From Candidatus Micrarchaeia archaeon (GTDB lineage Archaea; Micrarchaeota; Micrarchaeia; CABMEP01), in assembly GCA_038886535.1 (NCBI GenBank), contig JAVZXS010000004.1:1-54845 (forward strand): a DNA stretch of 54,845 bases, given 5' to 3'. The position numbers were made by a program, and so were the translations under genes. Shown here piece by piece: positions 38,004-48,329 of the stretch (within the stretch, counting starts at the first letter, position 1; each line of letters begins with the position of its first letter). The notes beneath the pieces are model-generated. The model was not told the DNA's origin. It made no database searches and was given only the letters and a program-made list of their open reading frames with translations.

Positions 38004-38660
38004 ATGGAAAAAAAGAGAATTAAAAGAAATGAGATCGAGAAAGAAGAGGTTAAAAATAAAGATTCGCAGGAATCTCTTATTGATTCCTTCAAAAGTATGG
38101 TAAATTTATTTTTCGATCCTGCAAAGTCTACTGAATACACATATGAAACGAATCAAACCATAAAAAATTCGTATTTATTCATTTATTTGTCTTTTTTAGT
38201 TGTTTTAACTTTATCGTTTTTGCCTTCTCTTAACGTCTTTGGCATTATTATAGGTGCTTTAGGATTTATATTCTATGTGTTTTTCATATTGGTAGCTATT
38301 GTCGCAGGTAGTTCATTCATATGGTTATCTGCAAGAATTTTTGATGTAAAAGCAGACTTTGAAAGACAAACTAATCTTATTTTAATGTTCTCTACAGTTG
38401 CAATCATTTTGATAACAATTATAGGAATAATTAATTCTATAATTACAGAGGTTGATTTATTGAATGCGTTAGTCTTTATCTATGGAATATATGTTATATA
38501 TGGTATAATTTCAATAATCAAGCACACTAACAACATTTCATGGATAAAGGCATTAATAATAGTTTTATGGCCGATCTTAGTACTTTTAGTACTTTTAATT
38601 CCATACATCTTTCTTTATCTAGCTAAAGAAACAATAATGCCATATGGTGTTTCTTTTTAA
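38004..38660 (+). CDS. Yip1-like membrane protein
   Basis: About 5 TM; LFFDP, ARIFDVKADF, IKHTNNISWIKA patterns. Start moved to the ATG at 38004 to avoid overlap. Confidence 0.65.
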   Translation: MEKKRIKRNEIEKEEVKNKDSQESLIDSFKSMVNLFFDPAKSTEYTYETNQTIKNSYLFIYLSFLVVLTLSFLPSLNVFGIIIGALGFIFYVFFILVAIVAGSSFIWLSARIFDVKADFERQTNLILMFSTVAIILITIIGIINSIITEVDLLNALVFIYGIYVIYGIISIIKHTNNISWIKALIIVLWPILVLLVLLIPYIFLYLAKETIMPYGVSF

Positions 38661-38675
38661 TAAAATGTAGATAAA

Positions 38676-39455
38676 ATGTACAATAAAAGAAAACATTTTG
38701 GCCAGTATATGCTGGAGAATGAAGAGACACTGAAATACGAAGTAGATATGCTGCAACCGAAAGGAAAAGTAGTGCTAGAGATTGGCGGGGGGACTGGAAA
38801 CCTTAGCAGATTGATTGCAGAGACTGCAAAGCACCTTATTATTATCGAAAAAGACTTTAGTTTTGCAGATTCCCTTAAATTTTTATTCAAGAAAAAAAAG
38901 AATGTTACAGTCATAGAAGCTGACTTCTTAGATTTAAATGAAAAAGAGATCCTAGAAGACTCGAAACAAAAAAGGATAGATTTGATAATAAGCAATGTTC
39001 CATATTCTATATCCTCTCCGCTTCTTTTCAAGCTTAAGGAATTTAATTTTGAAAAGGCTATTCTCTGCTTGCAGAAGGAATTCGTAGAGAGAATGATAGC
39101 AAAACCAGGCGAAAAGGATTGGTCAAGATTAAGTGTGATGACTAACTACTACTTTAAACCAATATATCTAAAGAAAGTTCCTAAAGGAAGCTTTAAACCA
39201 GTACCTAAAGTTGATTCTGCAATTGTTATGCTGTTCAAAAGAGAAAAAACAGATAACCCTGAATTCGATAAATTCATAGAGCGACTCTTTTCACATAGGA
39301 AAAAAACATTAGGTGCAGCAGCAAAAGCAAAGGAGTTAATGAGCGAGTATCCAAAATTAATTTTAGTTGCTGAAAAACTCGGTATGCAAAAAAGAAGAGT
39401 ATTCACATTAACTATAGAAGAATTGGAAAAAGTTCATTCAATGTTAAAAGAATAA
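38676..39455 (+). CDS. ksgA: 16S rRNA adenine dimethyltransferase KsgA/RsmA
   Basis: FGQYML, VLEIGGGTG, SNVPYSISSP, LQKEFVERM, FKPVPKVDSA. Confidence 0.95.
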   Translation: MYNKRKHFGQYMLENEETLKYEVDMLQPKGKVVLEIGGGTGNLSRLIAETAKHLIIIEKDFSFADSLKFLFKKKKNVTVIEADFLDLNEKEILEDSKQKRIDLIISNVPYSISSPLLFKLKEFNFEKAILCLQKEFVERMIAKPGEKDWSRLSVMTNYYFKPIYLKKVPKGSFKPVPKVDSAIVMLFKREKTDNPEFDKFIERLFSHRKKTLGAAAKAKELMSEYPKLILVAEKLGMQKRRVFTLTIEELEKVHSMLKE

Positions 39456-39522
39456 AAATAATAAAATATCTATCAATTTAATTCTATTTGCATTTAAATT
39501 TGATAATCTGCTTAACTTATTA

Positions 39523-41076
39523 TTAACTTACTAATTCAATTAGCATCTTCTTTACTTTCCCAGGGCCTATGGCATGAATAAGCTTTCCTAATTTAGGACC
39601 TCTATCCTTGCCTATTAATGCAGTGTATAATGTCTTAAAGAAATCTTTAGGCTCTATTCCTAATGATTTAGCTGTATCAAAAACAAGATTATGAATGTCC
39701 AGTGGATCCATTTTATCATCAAGCCTTTCTGCAAACTCTTTTATTCCTCGTGTATCTAATGGTTTTTTCGGATTTATTGAAAATGAATAATCTTCTGGCA
39801 CATACCCATTCTCTATCCAATAAATAATATATGGTTTTAGATATTCAACCCCTTCTGGATCATCGAAAAGAGACTTCACCCTTTCCCAATCTCTGTATAT
39901 CTGATAGTAAAGAAGAATGTCCAAGAATTTTGCCTTCCATTTTCTTTCACCGCTTATCTCATAGGCAATTCTTTTCTTTCTATCTGCCCTGCTAAGTGTT
40001 TCCTTTGGCTGTGAAAGGGTGCTTGCATATTCATAATCCTCAAATATAAGAAGCATGTTCTGACCTGTAGGATCAAAGTTCTTATCCTCCTGTGAATCTG
40101 ACCTGTATATGAAATATTTGATTACTTCTGGTGGCATTAGCTTTAAAACCGTATTAACATCCAACCCTATTCCTTTCGATTTGGAATACTTCTTTCCACC
40201 TAAAAGGAAAAATCCGAATCTGTAGAAAAACGGTGGTTTTCTACCCAATATCTTTTCATGCATTTCCCTTGCAGTATCTGCTGACCCTCCCCTAGTAGCA
40301 TGATCCTTTCCAAAACCTTCTATTGTGACATTAAGAAAATCCTGTCTTGAAGGCCATTCTACTCTCCAAACTAGCTTGTATTGATGATCACTTATTCTTG
40401 CCTTTCCTTCATGACCGCATCCTTTTGTATACTCAACATCCTTATTGCACTTATAATAATAATATTCTCCATCAAAACCAGTAACTGTACAGGTAGATAT
40501 CTTTCCACATTTTTCACATATCGGAGCTATTGGAGACCAGTTTTCCCATTCTTTGCCCTCTTTTTTTCTTAGAGAGGATTCAAAAACAACATCTCTAACC
40601 TTCTCACGTTCATTCAGATATTTTATTGCGTACTTATCATAGAGTCCTTTTGCATAAAGATCGCTGTTTCTCACTATCTCTGGATTGACCTTAAATCTCT
40701 TCATTAGATCTGCTGCCTCAGAAAGAAAATGATCCCCGTAAGATTCATGGCATCCGAATGGATCTGGGACATGTACCAGAGGCTTTCCTAAATGAGGTTC
40801 TAACACGTCTTTGAACCTTTCTAATGGTTTAGGAATTGAGTCAAAGGCGTCCATTATGTCTCCAATGAATATGAATCGAACATCATAACCGTTGTTTTTG
40901 AAGTATGACACAATTGCATTTGGGTATATGAATTCGCTTGCTGTTCCTATATGAGTAGGTCCACTAGTTGTTATACCTGATGCAACTACAAATGGTGGAT
41001 TAGTGGATGATAATATCTCTTTTACTAATACTGAAACCCAGTGTTCTGATATTTTATCCTCTTTTATCTCTTGCAT
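39523..41076 (-). CDS. lysS: Class I lysyl-tRNA synthetase
   Basis: SGITTSGPTHIG (HIGH), KLVWRVEWPSR, GKDHATRGGS, KYSKSKG (KMSKS), GPKLG. Confidence 0.96.
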   Translation of the reverse strand: MQEIKEDKISEHWVSVLVKEILSSTNPPFVVASGITTSGPTHIGTASEFIYPNAIVSYFKNNGYDVRFIFIGDIMDAFDSIPKPLERFKDVLEPHLGKPLVHVPDPFGCHESYGDHFLSEAADLMKRFKVNPEIVRNSDLYAKGLYDKYAIKYLNEREKVRDVVFESSLRKKEGKEWENWSPIAPICEKCGKISTCTVTGFDGEYYYYKCNKDVEYTKGCGHEGKARISDHQYKLVWRVEWPSRQDFLNVTIEGFGKDHATRGGSADTAREMHEKILGRKPPFFYRFGFFLLGGKKYSKSKGIGLDVNTVLKLMPPEVIKYFIYRSDSQEDKNFDPTGQNMLLIFEDYEYASTLSQPKETLSRADRKKRIAYEISGERKWKAKFLDILLYYQIYRDWERVKSLFDDPEGVEYLKPYIIYWIENGYVPEDYSFSINPKKPLDTRGIKEFAERLDDKMDPLDIHNLVFDTAKSLGIEPKDFFKTLYTALIGKDRGPKLGKLIHAIGPGKVKKMLIELVS

Positions 41077-41133
41077 AAAATCACTTAATAAATATATAAG
41101 TAATAAAATTTAAACTTATCTCAATAATTTATA

Positions 41134-42252
41134 ATGATGATAAAATTTGTAATGCCTAAAGTATGTAAAAGATGCTGGAACAGGAATGGATTCTCTAAAG
41201 TTAGTTCTGAATTCATAGAAAATGAACAGGAATGCAAACTTTGCAATGGTTGCTTCTTAAAATTAAATGAAATAGCAGATAGAATAATAAAAGAATTAGA
41301 ATCAATTCCAGGAATACGGACATTTAGTATAGGAACAAGTATACCAAAGGAATCAGAGGCTATAGAGGAAAAAATCTGGGATTTTGCTGAATTTAACAAA
41401 TGGAAAAGCATAAAACCTGAATTAAACACTGAATTAGGGAAAATAATAGAAAAGAAAACAAAATATAAATTCAGCCAAGATCCTGATGTAAGAATTATAT
41501 ATGATATTAAAAATAATAAGATATCAAAGCAAATATCCTCTGTTTATCTGTATGGAAAATACAATAAGCTTCAAAGAGGAATAAGACAAACAAAAAAGGA
41601 GGATGCAAAAGAGGAATCTGTTGAGGGACTGATAGAGAGAATCTTGATAAAAGAAATTGGCACTGAAAAAAGCAAGGCGATTTTGCATGGTAGTGGTAGG
41701 GAAGACATAGATGTATTGATGTTGGGTGAGGGAAGACCTTTTGTAATGGAAGTGACTAATCCAAGAAAAAGAGTATTAAATGAAAAGGAAATAGAAAGAA
41801 TAAATAATATTATAAATAAAATAAATGAAGGAAAGATAAAGGTAAAGTTTGAGAAAATAGTAAATAAAGAATGGGTAGAGATAATAAAGAGAGCTAAATT
41901 TGACAAGGAATATGAAGCAATAGTGAATCTGGAAAAACCTATTGATAAGAATGAAATTTATAAATTACCTAAAAGTGTTTTATTAATGCAAAGAACCCCT
42001 AAAAGAGTGCTTATAAGAAGATCTGATCTTATTAGGAAAAGAAGAATAAAGATGCTTAAACCAGAATGGATTGACAGCCATACAATAAAACTGCATATAC
42101 TATCTGAATCCGGTACTTATATTAAAGAATTCATAAGTGGAGATGAAGGAAGAACGCAACCTAGCATATCATCACTTCTTAAAACAAATGCTACATGCAA
42201 AGAGCTAAACGTTATTTCTATCCATAGTGAATGGCTGGATGATTTATGGTGA
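41134..42252 (+). CDS. pus10: tRNA pseudouridine(54/55) synthase Pus10
   Basis: N-terminal CxxC pairs, GKYNKLQRGIRQT, HGSGREDIDVLMLGEGRPF, QRTPKRV, GTYIKEFISGDEGRTQPS. Confidence 0.95.
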   Translation: MMIKFVMPKVCKRCWNRNGFSKVSSEFIENEQECKLCNGCFLKLNEIADRIIKELESIPGIRTFSIGTSIPKESEAIEEKIWDFAEFNKWKSIKPELNTELGKIIEKKTKYKFSQDPDVRIIYDIKNNKISKQISSVYLYGKYNKLQRGIRQTKKEDAKEESVEGLIERILIKEIGTEKSKAILHGSGREDIDVLMLGEGRPFVMEVTNPRKRVLNEKEIERINNIINKINEGKIKVKFEKIVNKEWVEIIKRAKFDKEYEAIVNLEKPIDKNEIYKLPKSVLLMQRTPKRVLIRRSDLIRKRRIKMLKPEWIDSHTIKLHILSESGTYIKEFISGDEGRTQPSISSLLKTNATCKELNVISIHSEWLDDLW

Positions 42253-42360
42253 AATTATTCTTTCCTATAAGTTTGAAGTAGCAGATAGAATTATTAAAGA
42301 TTGTATATAAAATAGTGATATTAATCGAATAAGAGTGATATTCCGATTGAGGGTGCAAAA

Positions 42361-43167
42361 ATGATAGAAATTATTAGAATATTAGTTGCATTAGCAGGAA
42401 CTGGAATTGCTGCTTATTATGATATTTTCAATAAAAAGAACGTACCTGAGCTATTTCTTTACTTATTCCTTGGAATTTCATTACTTTTGAATATATTTGA
42501 CTATTCATTGTTTCTAAAATTCCTTCCGATTGCAATTCCCTTGGTACTTGTGCTTTATATATTATATCTTAATGGACAGATTGGTGGTGCAGATGTTATA
42601 GTATTGGCAGCAATATACTCTGCATTGCCTGCATTTCCACTTGACGAAAATCAATTTGTTCCTTCTTCATTGATGGTTCTTGCAATTGCTACTGTGCTTG
42701 CTTCCATATGGATTATGATAAAATACTTCCCAAAAATTATCAAGAGATTTAATGAAGGAAAGATGAAAATAAATCTGTGGCAAGCACTCCAGATCATATT
42801 GCTCTTATTTTCATTTGCTCTGTTAATTTATATGTTTATGTTATTCCCATTCCTGCCTGCTTGGCTGCTTTTGATTTCAGGAATACTTTTCTTTGAATCA
42901 ATATTCTTCATAATTTCAAAAGAACAACTGATGGAAGAAATGATAGTTATGAAGAAGAAAATAGAACCAGAAGATGTAATTGCAATAGAAATGTTGGACA
43001 AAAAAACTATAGAAAGATACAAAATAAAAAGACTAAGTGACGAGAAGCAGGCGAATATGCTAAGTAAAACAGGAAGGAAATGGCCTGTCTTGGATATGCC
43101 TATGTTTCTTCCATTCATATTTATCGGCCTGATTATTTACATATTGGCTGGCGTTTCTCTTATATAA
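42361..43167 (+). CDS. A24 family prepilin/prearchaellin peptidase
   Basis: AYYD (first Asp), IGGAD (GxGD), C-terminal PMFLPFI; multiple TM. Confidence 0.85.
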   Translation: MIEIIRILVALAGTGIAAYYDIFNKKNVPELFLYLFLGISLLLNIFDYSLFLKFLPIAIPLVLVLYILYLNGQIGGADVIVLAAIYSALPAFPLDENQFVPSSLMVLAIATVLASIWIMIKYFPKIIKRFNEGKMKINLWQALQIILLLFSFALLIYMFMLFPFLPAWLLLISGILFFESIFFIISKEQLMEEMIVMKKKIEPEDVIAIEMLDKKTIERYKIKRLSDEKQANMLSKTGRKWPVLDMPMFLPFIFIGLIIYILAGVSLI

Positions 43168-43182
43168 AAATGAGATGGGAAA

Positions 43183-43962
43183 ATGCAAATTTTGTATTCA
43201 ATAGCAGATCCAGCAGGAGTCAATATAGCAAGAAGCCTAAAATCTATCATTGAAAAAGGGGATTCGTATCTTTCTGAAAAAAATTTAACTGAGGTTAAGG
43301 AATCATTACTATATTCAGATAATTTAGTTGAAAAAATAGAAGATGAGTTTATATTATTTGCAAGTAAGCATAAAAGTGAAAGTGGGAAGCCTTCTTTTAC
43401 AGTTCATGTTCCTGGAAATTGGGGAAAGGCTGAAATGGGAGGAAAGGATAAAGAAATTTCTTTCAGTGATCCACTAAGAATGAAGACTCTGATTGCTCTT
43501 CTTAATGAGAGAAACAAGCAAATGAAACTTAATATGAATGTAACAATGGAAGTTGATCACCATGGTCCACTTTGCATGAGGCCATGTGCTTTTGTTGAAA
43601 TTGGAAGCAGTGAAAAAGAATGGAAAAATGAGAAGTATGCAGAATTTATAGCAGAGACAATAAATGAATTTGAAGAATATATAGAAAAAATAGAAGTTAA
43701 AGAAATCTCTTTAGGTGTCGGTGGTGGGCATTATTGCCCTGCTTTTAACAAACACGAGATAGAAGGAAAAATTGCATTTGCACACCTCATTCCAAATTAT
43801 GCAGTAGATAATCTTGAGTATTCAACATTCACAAAAGCATTTGAAAGATCTTCTGAAGAAGTTGAAAATGTATACATAGATTGGAAAGGGTTAAAGCAAG
43901 AGCAAAGGAAAAAAATAATTGAATTTTGCAACGAATATGGAGTAGAATATAAAAGAATATAA
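43183..43962 (+). CDS. dtdA: D-aminoacyl-tRNA deacylase (archaeal DTD2)
   Basis: SKHKSESGKPSFTVHVPGN, EVDHHGP, FVEIGSSEKEW, GGGHY. Confidence 0.93.
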   Translation: MQILYSIADPAGVNIARSLKSIIEKGDSYLSEKNLTEVKESLLYSDNLVEKIEDEFILFASKHKSESGKPSFTVHVPGNWGKAEMGGKDKEISFSDPLRMKTLIALLNERNKQMKLNMNVTMEVDHHGPLCMRPCAFVEIGSSEKEWKNEKYAEFIAETINEFEEYIEKIEVKEISLGVGGGHYCPAFNKHEIEGKIAFAHLIPNYAVDNLEYSTFTKAFERSSEEVENVYIDWKGLKQEQRKKIIEFCNEYGVEYKRI

Positions 43963-44001
43963 AATAATGATAGTTAATGGTAGTAATAAACTAGTGATAC
44001 G

Positions 44002-44877
44002 ATGATAGATAATTTTATCCAAGATTATTTCATTAATCCAATAATTGAACATACAGGATATAATATAATTAATACTCTTGTTTATGCAGTTATTGCAATA
44101 GTTGCAGCTTTTTTAATATACAAGAAATTCAAAAAATATTTTACAAAAGAACTGATTGTATATACTATTCCATTCATAATATTTGGATCAACAGTTAGAG
44201 TTATTACAGATGCTACAGAAGCAGGAATTGATTGGAGCGAACATCAATTCTATTGGCTTTTTGGTCCATTTCTTAATAGCGGAATATATAACTATGGATT
44301 TCTTACGGCCACACCTGGAATATATATAATCATAGGATTGATAACAATATTTTCATTGTATATAAGCATCAAACTTAAACAACCTAAAATCTATCCTGCA
44401 ATAGGTATATTACTGTGTCTTCCTCACTTGATTGTTGTATTAAGCATGATTCAAGATCTGACTTATCTAATAACAATATTGGCTCTTTCAGGAATGATTA
44501 TGATGTTCTCGCATCTTATAATGGAAAGATATAAGTTAAATAAAATACTTCCAAGAATCGCAGTTGCAGCCCATACCATCGATGGTGTTTCAAGCTTTGT
44601 TGCTATAGAGATCTTCAATAGATTTTCTCCTATTTGCACACAAAAAGGAATCTGTTATTTTGGCCAGCATGTGGTAGAAAGGTTCTTTAGCGAAATTATT
44701 ATTTATGGAACAATAATTTATCTATTCATAAAGGTGCTCTTTGCTATTTTCGCCTCTTTAATTATAGAAAGAGAGGCTGAAAATGAAAACGAAAGATATT
44801 TTCTATATCTTCTTATAATCATATTCGGTCTTGCACCTGGAATAAGAAATCTTTTGAGGGTAACTCTTGGAGTATAA
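44002..44877 (+). CDS. DUF63 family membrane protein
   Basis: GYNIINTLVYA, PFIIFGSTVRVITD, TPGIY, AHTIDG, GLAPGIRNLLR. Confidence 0.88.
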   Translation: MIDNFIQDYFINPIIEHTGYNIINTLVYAVIAIVAAFLIYKKFKKYFTKELIVYTIPFIIFGSTVRVITDATEAGIDWSEHQFYWLFGPFLNSGIYNYGFLTATPGIYIIIGLITIFSLYISIKLKQPKIYPAIGILLCLPHLIVVLSMIQDLTYLITILALSGMIMMFSHLIMERYKLNKILPRIAVAAHTIDGVSSFVAIEIFNRFSPICTQKGICYFGQHVVERFFSEIIIYGTIIYLFIKVLFAIFASLIIEREAENENERYFLYLLIIIFGLAPGIRNLLRVTLGV

Positions 44878-44987
44878 TGAATTTTATATATAGACAGGCA
44901 AAATGCAGTTACTAAAGATAGTATTCTAAATTAATTTTAGAAATGTATAAAAAGATAGATTTTTAAGATTCACAAACATAGAATAAA

Positions 44988-45623
44988 TTGAGTTATATGG
45001 TTGATGAATTCAAATCTATATCAAAAAAAGAAGAATTTGTGGAAAGAAGAAATGAAATAAATATACTTAAAGATAAGATAAAGCTTCTTGAACTAATAAT
45101 AGATAGATATAGATCTACAATAGAACAAAGTGAAACAAAAACAATAGCGGATCTAAAGGCGATGATAAACACAAAAGATGAAGAGGTAAAAAGGATTAGC
45201 GAGGAAATAAAATCCAAATTCAAGCCTTATATCTATGAAAGAGATTTCATTGCAGCGGCAAAAGAAGCTCATGAATACATAAGAAGAATAAGGACCATAA
45301 GAACACCTATTGACTTCTGGCTAATGCCAAAGGACATTATTAAGCTAAGAGGCGGAGATCCGATGGACAAGGCTATTTTCCTCTGTTCCATCTTGATAGC
45401 ACTTGATAATTATGACAGCTATGTTGTAGTTGGAATAAATGACGGAACGAAAGTAGCTGTATCTTTTAAATTCAAAGATGAATGGTATTTTATAGACCCT
45501 ACTGGAAGTGAAATGATAAATGGAAAAAAGGAAGAGTTGATAGAAAGATGGATGTCTGAAGAAAAAGATATCTATGAATTTAATAATCTTCATTATAATA
45601 AAATAAAGGAAGTGGGAGAATGA
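44988..45623 (+). CDS. Coiled-coil plus degenerate transglutaminase-like domain protein
   Basis: FWLMPKDIIKLRGGDPMDKAIFLCSILIAL and WYFIDPT match the transglutaminase-like core, but the catalytic Cys and His positions are altered. Confidence 0.55.
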   Translation: MSYMVDEFKSISKKEEFVERRNEINILKDKIKLLELIIDRYRSTIEQSETKTIADLKAMINTKDEEVKRISEEIKSKFKPYIYERDFIAAAKEAHEYIRRIRTIRTPIDFWLMPKDIIKLRGGDPMDKAIFLCSILIALDNYDSYVVVGINDGTKVAVSFKFKDEWYFIDPTGSEMINGKKEELIERWMSEEKDIYEFNNLHYNKIKEVGE

Positions 45624-46288
45624 AAGAAATAAACGCTTCAAAAGAATATTTATTTTCACTTTTAACTAAAGTTCTTGTTGTTTTGATTGTCTTTTGGGGA
45701 GTAATTTATTTGGTACTTTCTTTGCTAGATTCTATTAACCTAAATATAGAGCTATCTAAAGGACAAGACAATTCTGTAGTTATTCTCACTTTATTCATAA
45801 TTACTTTTGCAATAGCTGGAATGGGTGCATTTCTCTTTTATACATTTATTATAAAAAGAAAAAAATTGATCATAGAGGACAATGGTATTAAAATAACAGA
45901 TGGATTAATATTTGTGAAGGAAAGATTCGTCCCTTATACCGAACTCAAAGATGCCCATTGTGATGAAGATAACTTAGCGGCTATAGATAAGTTGTTTAAG
46001 ATAAGCGTAATCAAAATACATGGGAATGAAACATTTTACTTACCTGGCATATTAAATGCAGAAGAGATAACAAAAGAGATAAAGCTAAACATCGATGCTA
46101 ACAAAGAAAAGAAAGCGGACCCTGTAACTCTACTTACAGAAGAAGTTAAGAATTTGAAAAACGAAATAAATGAATTGAAAAATTCATTTGAAATTCTAAA
46201 GAAAGTATCAAGAGAAAAGGAAACAAAAGAAAAAAAGCAACCTGTAAAAAAGAAATTTGTTTTAGGACCATTTGATGAAAAAATATAG
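45620..46288 (+). CDS. Two-TM protein with bacterial PH-like (bPH_2) domain and coiled coil
   Basis: 2 TM, then IEDNGIKITDGLIFVKERFVPYTELKD..IDKLFKISVIKI. Confidence 0.6.
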   Translation: MKEINASKEYLFSLLTKVLVVLIVFWGVIYLVLSLLDSINLNIELSKGQDNSVVILTLFIITFAIAGMGAFLFYTFIIKRKKLIIEDNGIKITDGLIFVKERFVPYTELKDAHCDEDNLAAIDKLFKISVIKIHGNETFYLPGILNAEEITKEIKLNIDANKEKKADPVTLLTEEVKNLKNEINELKNSFEILKKVSREKETKEKKQPVKKKFVLGPFDEKI

Positions 46289-46363
46289 GAATAATTATTA
46301 TAAATAATAAATTAGTATAAAGAGTATATAATAAAACAGATATAACAGATATAAAGTGATAAA

Positions 46364-47293
46364 ATGTCAATGAAATTAGAGAGAGATGTAATTACATTGA
46401 AAGCTTACGCAAAAATAAATCTTTTCTTGCAAGTAGGAAAAAAAGATGAAAAAGGATATCATTTATTGAAAACTGTTTTCCAGCCTCTAGATTTATATGA
46501 TGAAATAATAATAAAAGAAACGAAAGACAAAGGAATCAAACTTACTAGCAATGAAAACATACCCCTTAATGAAAAAAACAGTGTTTACAAGGCAATAATT
46601 AAAATCTGCGAAAAAACAAAATTGAAGATAGATGAAATCAATTATCAAATACATATAGAAAAAAAGATTCCTATAGCAAGCGGTTTAGGTGGAAGTGCGG
46701 TTGATGCAGTTCCTGTAATTAAATTTATTAATGAGAGATTTAAGTTAGGGCTTAAGGAAGAAGAAATGTTAGAAATAGGTGCAGAAATAGGCGCTGATGT
46801 TCCACAGGGGATGTATAGAAATGCGACGTATGCTGAAAGATATGGAGATAAGATAATAGAACAATATAATCTCCCTAATAGATATGTATCGATATATATA
46901 CCTCATGGATATATGGCAGAATATCCTTCTAAAACTGAAACTCTTTATAATATGATAGACAAAGAAAAAGAAAAACTAGGACCTAATTATGACAAGGCTT
47001 TAATGGCAAGATTATGTTTGATGAAGAAAGAGTTGACAAAAGGAAACTGGAAGGGAATAGGGGACCTTGCGTACAATGATTTTGAACTTGTGGTATTCAA
47101 AATGTATCCTATTCTTGATAAAGTAAAAAAGTGTTTTAAGGAAGCTGGAGCTGAATGTGCATTGTTGTCTGGTTCTGGTGGTGCAGTCTTTGGAATATAT
47201 AAGACACCAAGGGAATCACTTAATGCTTCACAACAAGTAGAAAGTTTAGTTGGAAGAAACAGTGGAATATTTATCCTGACTGAAACAAGTTAA
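46364..47293 (+). CDS. ispE: IspE-like GHMP kinase (4-diphosphocytidyl-2-C-methyl-D-erythritol kinase family)
   Basis: AYAKINLFLQVGKKDEKGYHLLKTVFQPLDLYD, IEKKIPIASGLGGS, IGADVP, NDFE, LSGSGGAVFG. Confidence 0.85.
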   Translation: MSMKLERDVITLKAYAKINLFLQVGKKDEKGYHLLKTVFQPLDLYDEIIIKETKDKGIKLTSNENIPLNEKNSVYKAIIKICEKTKLKIDEINYQIHIEKKIPIASGLGGSAVDAVPVIKFINERFKLGLKEEEMLEIGAEIGADVPQGMYRNATYAERYGDKIIEQYNLPNRYVSIYIPHGYMAEYPSKTETLYNMIDKEKEKLGPNYDKALMARLCLMKKELTKGNWKGIGDLAYNDFELVVFKMYPILDKVKKCFKEAGAECALLSGSGGAVFGIYKTPRESLNASQQVESLVGRNSGIFILTETS

Positions 47294-47401
47294 CTACTTA
47301 AGATATGATGGTTAAGTAAAGTTAAGAAAAATAAACATAAAAATGATCCTAAGATAAAATAATAAGTAAAGCTAAAAATAAAAAACCGAAATTAGTTTAA
47401 G

Positions 47402-47947
47402 TCAGAATTTGACTTCAGGTGCCTTCTTTGCCTCTTCTTCAGTCTTGAAGTATTCCTTTTCTTTGAAACCGAAAATTCCAGCTATGATGTTGTTCGGGAT
47501 TGTTTGGATTGTTCTGTTGAATAATAAAACATTGTCGTTGTACAACTGTCTAGCATATGCCACTTTGTTTTCTGTGTCTGAAAGATCCTCTTGTAATCTA
47601 AGGAAGTTTTCACTTGCTCTTAAATTTGGATAATTCTCCGCAACTGCAAATAATGACTTGAGTGCATTTGAAAGTGTATTGTCTGCTTCCGCTGCCTCTT
47701 TTGGTGTTTTTGCTGACATTAATGCAGCTCTCGCTTTTGTTATATTTTCAAGAGTTTCTTTCTCATGTTTCATATACCCTTTCACTGTGTTTACCAAATT
47801 AGGGATAAGATCTGCTCTTCTCTTTAACTGAACATCTATCTGTGCCCATGCATTTTCAACATTGTTTCTCAATATAACCAGATTATTATATATTAAAACA
47901 GCAATAATTATTATAAGTAATATTAAACCAAGTATCAATTCCAACAT
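47402..47947 (-). CDS. lemA: LemA family protein
   Basis: [54 protein letters not shown]. Confidence 0.96.
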   Translation of the reverse strand: MLELILGLILLIIIIAVLIYNNLVILRNNVENAWAQIDVQLKRRADLIPNLVNTVKGYMKHEKETLENITKARAALMSAKTPKEAAEADNTLSNALKSLFAVAENYPNLRASENFLRLQEDLSDTENKVAYARQLYNDNVLLFNRTIQTIPNNIIAGIFGFKEKEYFKTEEEAKKAPEVKF

Positions 47948-47977
47948 TTTTAATCACCTTTAAATAATATCCAAATT

Positions 47978-48166
47978 TTAGCTTTTATTTGGTCTATAAA
48001 CTGTAAGTGGAATAACTCCCTTTTCAAATTCTAGCTTTGCAATTGCAGAGGGTTCAAATATATTATTTGGCAATTCTATCATTGGTGGTGCACCCATTGA
48101 TAATTGAAGAGCTCTTGCACCGATTAATCTTGCAATTTCAAACTTAGTAAATTCAGAATAATTCAT
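47978..48166 (-). CDS. rpoK: RNA polymerase subunit Rpo6 (RpoK)
   Basis: TKFEIARLIGARALQLSMGAP...IPLTV. Confidence 0.95.
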   Translation of the reverse strand: MNYSEFTKFEIARLIGARALQLSMGAPPMIELPNNIFEPSAIAKLEFEKGVIPLTVYRPNKS

Positions 48167-48221
48167 ATATTCACCTGTAATATGAAGTATAAATTAATTT
48201 AATAGAATAAACCATCAAATA

Positions 48222-48261
48222 AAATATACAATTGCATAAACAAATATACAATTGCATAAAC
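48222..48261. repeat. Perfect 20-bp tandem duplication between tfe and rpoK
   Basis: AAATATACAATTGCATAAAC repeated twice (48222-48241, 48242-48261). Confidence 0.9.
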
Positions 48262-48329
48262 TTTAGTTATATTATGAATTATATTAACTGAATGAATAAT
48301 CATATGAAAAAATATTTAAACCATTAAGG

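Noticed and set aside
42361..43167. Prepilin peptidase as part of the CedA-like locus
   Set aside because: It lies 7 kb away among housekeeping genes, and I found no clear class III signal peptide in the locus proteins.
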